Of a DNA stretch of 64,000 nt, positions 59,330 to 64,000 are shown one piece after another. The notes under the pieces were generated by a model. The model made no database searches and was not told where the DNA came from. It saw only the letters and a list, made by a program, of their open reading frames with translations. Position numbers and translations under genes: made by a program. Source of the DNA: Candidatus Nanopelagicales bacterium. Its GTDB lineage: Bacteria; Actinomycetota; Actinomycetes; S36-B12; GCA-2699445. The stretch covers positions 18,465 to 82,464 of the forward strand of contig JAXLSJ010000008.1 in NCBI GenBank assembly GCA_046330625.1, read 5' to 3'. Position 1 is the stretch's first letter. Every line of letters starts with the position of its first letter.

Positions 59330-61114
59330 TCAGCCCGGACAGATGTGCAGCACGGTGCGGGTGGGTCCGGTGCGCGTGCCCCCGGGGCCGGTGGCCGAAA
59401 CCTGCACGGTGTAGTCCCCGGGCGCCAGTTGCCGGGTCCCGGTCCAGTGATCTCCGGATCGGGAGAGCGGCAGGGCGCCGGTGCCGTAGTCGGCCGTCAC
59501 GCCGGTCACCGAGCCGCTCACCCGCGCGGTCACCCGGAGCCGGAAGGCGTCGCACCGTGTGAAGGAACCGTCTGGCGCCCGGTCGAGGTCGGTCAGTCTC
59601 GTCGTGACGACGACAGGCGGCGTCGGCGTGGGCGTCGGCGTGGGTGTCGGGGTCGGCTTCCGTGTGCGCGTCGGCGTCGGCGTCGGCGTCGGTGTGGGCG
59701 TGCGGGTCGGCTCCGGGGTGGGACGGTGCGAGTGCCTCGGCCGGTGATGGGGTCGTGACGTGCGATGGGGTTTCGGAGAGGCGATCTGCGGCGAGGTCGG
59801 GGCCTGCACCGCCGCAGTGGCGGGGTCGGCGGCAGCCACGTCTCCGGGGGTACTGTCCGCCTGGACCTTCTGCGGCGAGGTCTGCGCCGGATCGTCGGTG
59901 GGCGACGATCCACCGCCGTTCCCGGTTGTCGAGCTCTGATCGGTGGTGGTCGACGCCGAGCCGTCTCCGGTCGCTGCCGGGTCATCGTCCGGCGAGGTCT
60001 GCGGGGTCGTCGCCGCGGTCGGGCCCACGATTCCCGCCGACGGGCTGGGTGACGCGTCGGGGACAGTCGGGGTGACCGGCGGTGCCTCCGCGAGTGGCTG
60101 GTCGGCCGTACTCGCCCGCACGATCCACGCTCCCACCAGCAGCAGGAGCACGGCTGCCGCGGCGATGACAAGCGCCCGGCGAGGACCGGGACCGCGACCC
60201 TGGGGGTCGCCTGGAGCGGCAAGTCCGGCGTCGAGGGGGACGGGGAACCCGTCGGAGGCGAACGGTTCGGCACGCGCCCCCAGTCGGGCGACCTCGGCAG
60301 GGTCGGCCCCGGTGCCGGCGCTGCCGTCCGGACCGAACAGCCGGGCGTGGAGCCCCAGTGGGGCGGAGACAGCGGCGATCGGGGCCGCCATCGCCGGGGC
60401 ACAGGCAAGTACGGCCGCCCGACTCCGGCGCTCGCACTCGTCGCAGTCCTTCAGATGGCGCGCGATCCGCTTGCGCAGCAGGGGGTCCAGCCGGTCCGCG
60501 TCGCGAACGATGCCGGCGAGAGTGGGGCAGTCGCGGCCGCGGGTGCGCAGCAGGAAGAGGCTCATCCCGGCGACCCGCAGGGAGTCGCGGCACCGCGACA
60601 GCCGGGCGTGGACACCCGTCCCGTCGGTGCCCAGGACCTGCGCCACGGCCCCCGCGTCGAGGTCCTGGGCCAAGGCGAGGACCAGGACGTCCCGGTCGGC
60701 CGGGCTCAGCCCGCCCATCGCGGAGTGGACCAGTTCTGCGGATTCCTCGCGGCTGAGGTTCGTCGTCAGATCGGGGGTGTCCGACATCGTGTCCCACACC
60801 TCCTCGTCATCCCCGGCCGAGGTGTACCGGTCCCGCCGGCGCAGGTGCCGGAGGCACTCGTTGCGGGTGATGGCGAACAGCCAGGGCCGCAGTCGCTCGG
60901 GGTCGCGCAGTTGGCCGATCCGGTCGGCGGCGACCAGGAAGGCGTCGTGGACGGCGTCCGAGGCGATGTCCCCGTCGCGGGCGACGCTGATCGCGTAGCC
61001 GTACAGCCGATCGGCATAGGCCGCGTAGACCCCGGCGAGTCCGCGGACCCCGTGATCGCGCAACTGCGCGACGAGGTCGGGATCGTCGGCGGCCATGGTG
61101 CTGAGCGTAGGCAT
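59330..61114 (-). CDS. ECF sigma factor fused to a ZAS-type anti-sigma motif, one TM helix, a Pro/Thr/Ser-rich region and a C-terminal beta-rich domain
   Basis: Part of track ORF 59330..61978. ATG 61114 follows ggagga. Sigma2 is LRPWLFAITRNECLRHLRR and sigma4 is LSPADRDVLVLALAQDLDAGAVAQVLG. An HxxxCxxC motif follows (ARHLKDCDEC), then a TM helix ALVIAAAAVLLLLVGAWIV, a TP-repeat tract and a C-terminal ~90 aa domain. Confidence 0.85.
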   Translation of the reverse strand: MPTLSTMAADDPDLVAQLRDHGVRGLAGVYAAYADRLYGYAISVARDGDIASDAVHDAFLVAADRIGQLRDPERLRPWLFAITRNECLRHLRRRDRYTSAGDDEEVWDTMSDTPDLTTNLSREESAELVHSAMGGLSPADRDVLVLALAQDLDAGAVAQVLGTDGTGVHARLSRCRDSLRVAGMSLFLLRTRGRDCPTLAGIVRDADRLDPLLRKRIARHLKDCDECERRSRAAVLACAPAMAAPIAAVSAPLGLHARLFGPDGSAGTGADPAEVARLGARAEPFASDGFPVPLDAGLAAPGDPQGRGPGPRRALVIAAAAVLLLLVGAWIVRASTADQPLAEAPPVTPTVPDASPSPSAGIVGPTAATTPQTSPDDDPAATGDGSASTTTDQSSTTGNGGGSSPTDDPAQTSPQKVQADSTPGDVAAADPATAAVQAPTSPQIASPKPHRTSRPHHRPRHSHRPTPEPTRTPTPTPTPTPTRTRKPTPTPTPTPTPTPPVVVTTRLTDLDRAPDGSFTRCDAFRLRVTARVSGSVTGVTADYGTGALPLSRSGDHWTGTRQLAPGDYTVQVSATGPGGTRTGPTRTVLHICPG

Positions 61115-61182
61115 GTCGACACGTTTCCTCCGGTGGAGTGCACAAGGTGGGGCCCGTCGGGTGACGGGCCCCACCGGTGGTG

Positions 61183-62181
61183 TCACTGGCGTTCGCTGGT
61201 GACCTCGATGTCGGCGGTGAACCGCAGGTCGGGCGAGCGGTAGACCTGGGCGGTCACGGTCTGCACATGCGTGCCCGCTGCCTTCGGCAGGGTCACGGCC
61301 ACCTGGGCGACGGCCGAGTCGCGGCACTTGCTCGAACCCTGCTGACCGATGCTGGGTCCACCCTCGGGCCAGCAGCCGCCCTTGGTGATGGCGTCGTCGT
61401 CGAAGCCCTGGACCTCGAAGAAGGCCTTCCCGTCCTGGGCGATCCCGTGACCTCCGATGAGGCCGTCGAGGGCGAGTGTCTGTCCGTCGGACACCTTGTA
61501 CCCGGAGAAGGGGTCGGTGTGGGTCCACGACGTCCACAGGCTCGGGATCGTCGGGTCGGCGTCGGGCGCCATCCGCGTCCCGAACCGCACCTCGCCCTTG
61601 CCGACGGTGTCGCCGTTCTCGCTCACGTGCACCTTCAGCACCCGGAAGGACACCGAATGGGTGAGAGGCGTGGCCAGGGGCATACCGGCCATCGGCTTTG
61701 TGGTCGTCATGAACGCCTGCTCGACGGGGATCCTGCCGGGGCCGACCGGGATCCGCGCGACCGCGTAGTAGGTCGTGGCGGGCTTGAGTCCGGTGACCGT
61801 CTTGCTGAACCGGTAGATGCCGGGACCCGTGGCGAGGTCGCCCGGCGTGCCGGGCTTCTCGGGGGTGCCGTTGACCACGACGAAGCTCGGCGTGGTCGGG
61901 AACTGCCAGCGGCCCTGCACCTTGATGGGCTTGCTCCGGCTGAACTCGATGGTCGCGTTGGCCCGGTTCGCCCGCCATCCCAGAGACCAGGCGGTGTCCG
62001 TCGTGGTGTGCAGCCCGGTCGGCGTGATCCAGGCTCCCGAGTCGACGGGGGGTTTGTCGGCAATCGCCGGGGTCGGGGCCGGCGCCGGCGGGGTGTCGGC
62101 CAGGGCCGGAGTGGCGACCGCCAGAAGGGCGATCGTGGCTCCGGCGATGGTGACGGAACGGGTGGTCGGGGTGCGGAACAT
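61183..62181 (-). CDS. Secreted protein with fibronectin type III-like N-terminal domain, function unknown
   Basis: Track ORF. SD gaaggag lies upstream. Signal peptide ...ALLAVATPALA, and an Fn3-like TVTGLKPATTYY. Confidence 0.7.
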   Translation of the reverse strand: MFRTPTTRSVTIAGATIALLAVATPALADTPPAPAPTPAIADKPPVDSGAWITPTGLHTTTDTAWSLGWRANRANATIEFSRSKPIKVQGRWQFPTTPSFVVVNGTPEKPGTPGDLATGPGIYRFSKTVTGLKPATTYYAVARIPVGPGRIPVEQAFMTTTKPMAGMPLATPLTHSVSFRVLKVHVSENGDTVGKGEVRFGTRMAPDADPTIPSLWTSWTHTDPFSGYKVSDGQTLALDGLIGGHGIAQDGKAFFEVQGFDDDAITKGGCWPEGGPSIGQQGSSKCRDSAVAQVAVTLPKAAGTHVQTVTAQVYRSPDLRFTADIEVTSERQ

Positions 62182-62338
62182 GCTGTCTCCTTCGAGTTCT
62201 CGGTGCGCCGGGTGCGCACGCTCACGAGGGAAAGAGGTCCGGGGTCGGCGGATGCCAACAACTTCTCGACACAGATTCCGAAATTCGTCATGTCCCCCGC
62301 GCCATGCCGGTCGGGACGGGAGGTTCTACGCTGGAGTT

Positions 62339-64000
62339 GTGGCTCCACGTGAGGTGGGCGACGTGCTCGGGGGCCTGTTCGACGTCGCCCCGGACGGCAT
62401 CCTGGTGGTCCGCCACGACCAGACGATCGCGGCGGCCAACCACGCCTTCTGCGCCATGACCGGATGGACCGTCGACGAGTTGGTGGGGCGGCCCGCGGCG
62501 GATTTGGTCCATCCTGATGACCTGGCCTCACGACCTCTGGAGGTGGACCGCGGCCGCCGCGGCGACGTGGTGGTCAATGACCGAAGGTTCCGCTGCGCGG
62601 ACGGTTCGTGGCTGTTGTGTCAGTCGTCCGTGCGGGTCACCGATTTCGGCTACGTGGGATTCGTCCGCGACATCAGCGATGTCGTACGGGAGCGCGAGGC
62701 CCGGCTGCAGGCCGAGGACATGTATCGGCAGGCGGCGGTCGGTGCCGCCATCGGTCAGGCGATCATCACGCCCGATGGCACGTTCGTGCGGGTGAATCCC
62801 GCCTTCTGCCGGATCACCGGGTACTCCGAGGGCGAGTTGGTGGGGGGCAATGCCCAGGAGATCGTTCACCCGGAGGATCTCGCGGGCGACCTCGAGCAGT
62901 TCGCCCTGCTGGTTGCCGGCGAGATCGCTTCCCACGTGATGGAGGTGCGCTACCTCCGCCCGGACGGCTCCACGGTGTGGGTGCGGCTCTACACCTCATC
63001 CATCCGGGACTCGGCCGGCACGCCGGTCTCCTTCGTCGCCCAGGTCGAAGACATCTCGAAGGAGAAGGCGGTGGAGGCGGAGCTGCGCCGGTGGAGCCAC
63101 GAGGCCGAACTCCGGGCCGAGTTGGCCAGTGCCTTGGTCACCCATGGGCTGTCACTGCCGGATGTGCTCGAGGTCGCCACCCGGGGCCTGGCCGACGCGA
63201 TCGGCGACGCCTGCGTGGTCGCCCTCATCGATCAGGAGCGCTCGCTGCTCGTGCCGACCGTGTTCCACCACCGGGACCCCGAGGGCGAGGTCGCGCTGCG
63301 CGACGCGCTCACCGGAACACCCGTTGCCCTGGGCGTGGGAGCGTCGGGGACGGTGGCGGCCACGGGTGAGCCGTACCGCGTGAGTGGCCTGTCCCTGGAC
63401 CAGATCCGCAGCGTGGTGGCGCCGCAGTACCACTCCTACGCCGAGCGCTATCCGCCCAGCAGCCTTCTGGTGGTGCCGCTCATCAGCCCCCGTTCCGCGA
63501 TCCTCGGCACGCTGGGGCTCAGCCGTGGTCCGGCCTACAGCGACGACGATGAGCGCCTGGTGTCGGACATGGCCGACCGCATCGCCGTCGCGATCGACAA
63601 CGCCCGGTTGCACCAGCAATTGGTGGAGGACAGCGCCGATGTGGCGCGCGCGAACTTCCTCCTGACGACCGTGACGGATCATCTTCCGGCCGGGGTGTCC
63701 TACTGGGACAGCGACCTCTGCGCCGTGTTCGTCAACCCCGGCTACCGTGCATGGTTCGGGTTGGGGGACCGCGACATCCGAGGGCTGCCCATGGCCGCGA
63801 TCCTCGGCGCTGACGTCTTCGAGCAGACCTGGCCACACGTGCAAGCCGTTCTGCGGGGAGAGCAGCAGGAGTTCGACCGGACCAGCATCGACCCGGCGGG
63901 TGCAACCCGGCATGCCCACGTGGCCTACGTTCCCGACCTGCGCCCGGACGGGACGGTCGCGGGCTTTGTCTCCCTGGTGACCGACGTGACAGCTCGCGTC
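62339..64000 (+). CDS. Multidomain PAS-PAS-GAF-PAS sensor protein, N-terminal 554 codons (continues beyond right edge)
   Basis: Not in the ORF track (no stop in the window). Hand translation of this frame is open from 62252 to the edge. PAS-like segments are FDVAPDGILVVRHDQTIAAANHAFCAMTGWTVDELVGRP and ITPDGTFVRVNPAFCRITGYSEGELVG. A GAF-like segment is LLVVPLISPRSAILGTLGLSRG...IAVAIDNARL. The GTG 62339 start is uncertain. Confidence 0.8.
   Translation, partial: MAPREVGDVLGGLFDVAPDGILVVRHDQTIAAANHAFCAMTGWTVDELVGRPAADLVHPDDLASRPLEVDRGRRGDVVVNDRRFRCADGSWLLCQSSVRVTDFGYVGFVRDISDVVREREARLQAEDMYRQAAVGAAIGQAIITPDGTFVRVNPAFCRITGYSEGELVGGNAQEIVHPEDLAGDLEQFALLVAGEIASHVMEVRYLRPDGSTVWVRLYTSSIRDSAGTPVSFVAQVEDISKEKAVEAELRRWSHEAELRAELASALVTHGLSLPDVLEVATRGLADAIGDACVVALIDQERSLLVPTVFHHRDPEGEVALRDALTGTPVALGVGASGTVAATGEPYRVSGLSLDQIRSVVAPQYHSYAERYPPSSLLVVPLISPRSAILGTLGLSRGPAYSDDDERLVSDMADRIAVAIDNARLHQQLVEDSADVARANFLLTTVTDHLPAGVSYWDSDLCAVFVNPGYRAWFGLGDRDIRGLPMAAILGADVFEQTWPHVQAVLRGEQQEFDRTSIDPAGATRHAHVAYVPDLRPDGTVAGFVSLVTDVTARV

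Noticed and set aside
61115-61978. N-terminal extension of ORF 59330..61978 beyond the ECF sigma start
   Set aside because: It overlaps the well-supported secreted-protein gene 61183..62181 in another frame. ATG 61114 has a strong SD and begins the sigma-2 region at the expected distance.

Overview
This is a high-GC (by eye, not computed) actinobacterial chromosomal segment that looks like core genome rather than a mobile island. I call about 65 protein-coding genes. I recognise no rRNA, tRNA, CRISPR array, transposase, integrase or phage gene. The de novo purine pathway is scattered across the window (purA, purD, purB, purC, purS, purQ, purL, purF, purM) together with pyrE, fbaA, bldC and a DUF3073 gene. 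Between them sit transporters (MFS, AI-2E, CaCA, EamA, TauE, FUSC, DedA, LtrA), secreted hydrolases (GH8, CBM2-CBM2-GH18 chitinase, SGNH, CE4), a sulfotransferase/glycosyltransferase/methyltransferase cluster, regulators (ArsR, two Rrf2, CGNR, an ECF sigma fused to an anti-sigma) and a PAS-GAF sensor. Many starts were chosen at 4-nt ATGA/GTGA or 1-nt TGATG overlaps with the upstream stop, which recur throughout. Main hunt results follow. (1) Two linked short repeat modules (A and B) occur in at least ~25 full or partial copies and form three palindromically organised intergenic islands with AT-richer hairpin cores. B units supply stop codons and C-terminal residues to two ORFs. (2) A 21-nt module (ATACCCC-N-GGGGGTATAGTCA, 20/21 identical) combines a CsoR/RicR/CstR-type palindrome with a -10-like TATAGT. 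It sits in front of a 56-aa Cys-rich ORF absent from the ORF track and in front of a rhodanese lipoprotein. (3) Seven single-nucleotide frame breaks, including two in purB and one in purC, mostly in short G/C runs, point to consensus indel errors rather than true pseudogenes. (4) An ASCH-domain ORF lies between purB and purC with no in-frame stop before purC. (5) Two cysteine-free Rrf2 paralogs are each coupled by TGATG to the upstream gene. (6) An ECF sigma is fused to a ZAS motif, a TM helix and an extracytoplasmic tail. (7) A trypsin-like protease remnant is cut exactly at the stop codon of a DedA gene. The very long ORFs antisense or out of frame to recognisable genes are treated as high-GC artefacts. 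All family assignments are from motif recognition by eye; no database search was run.
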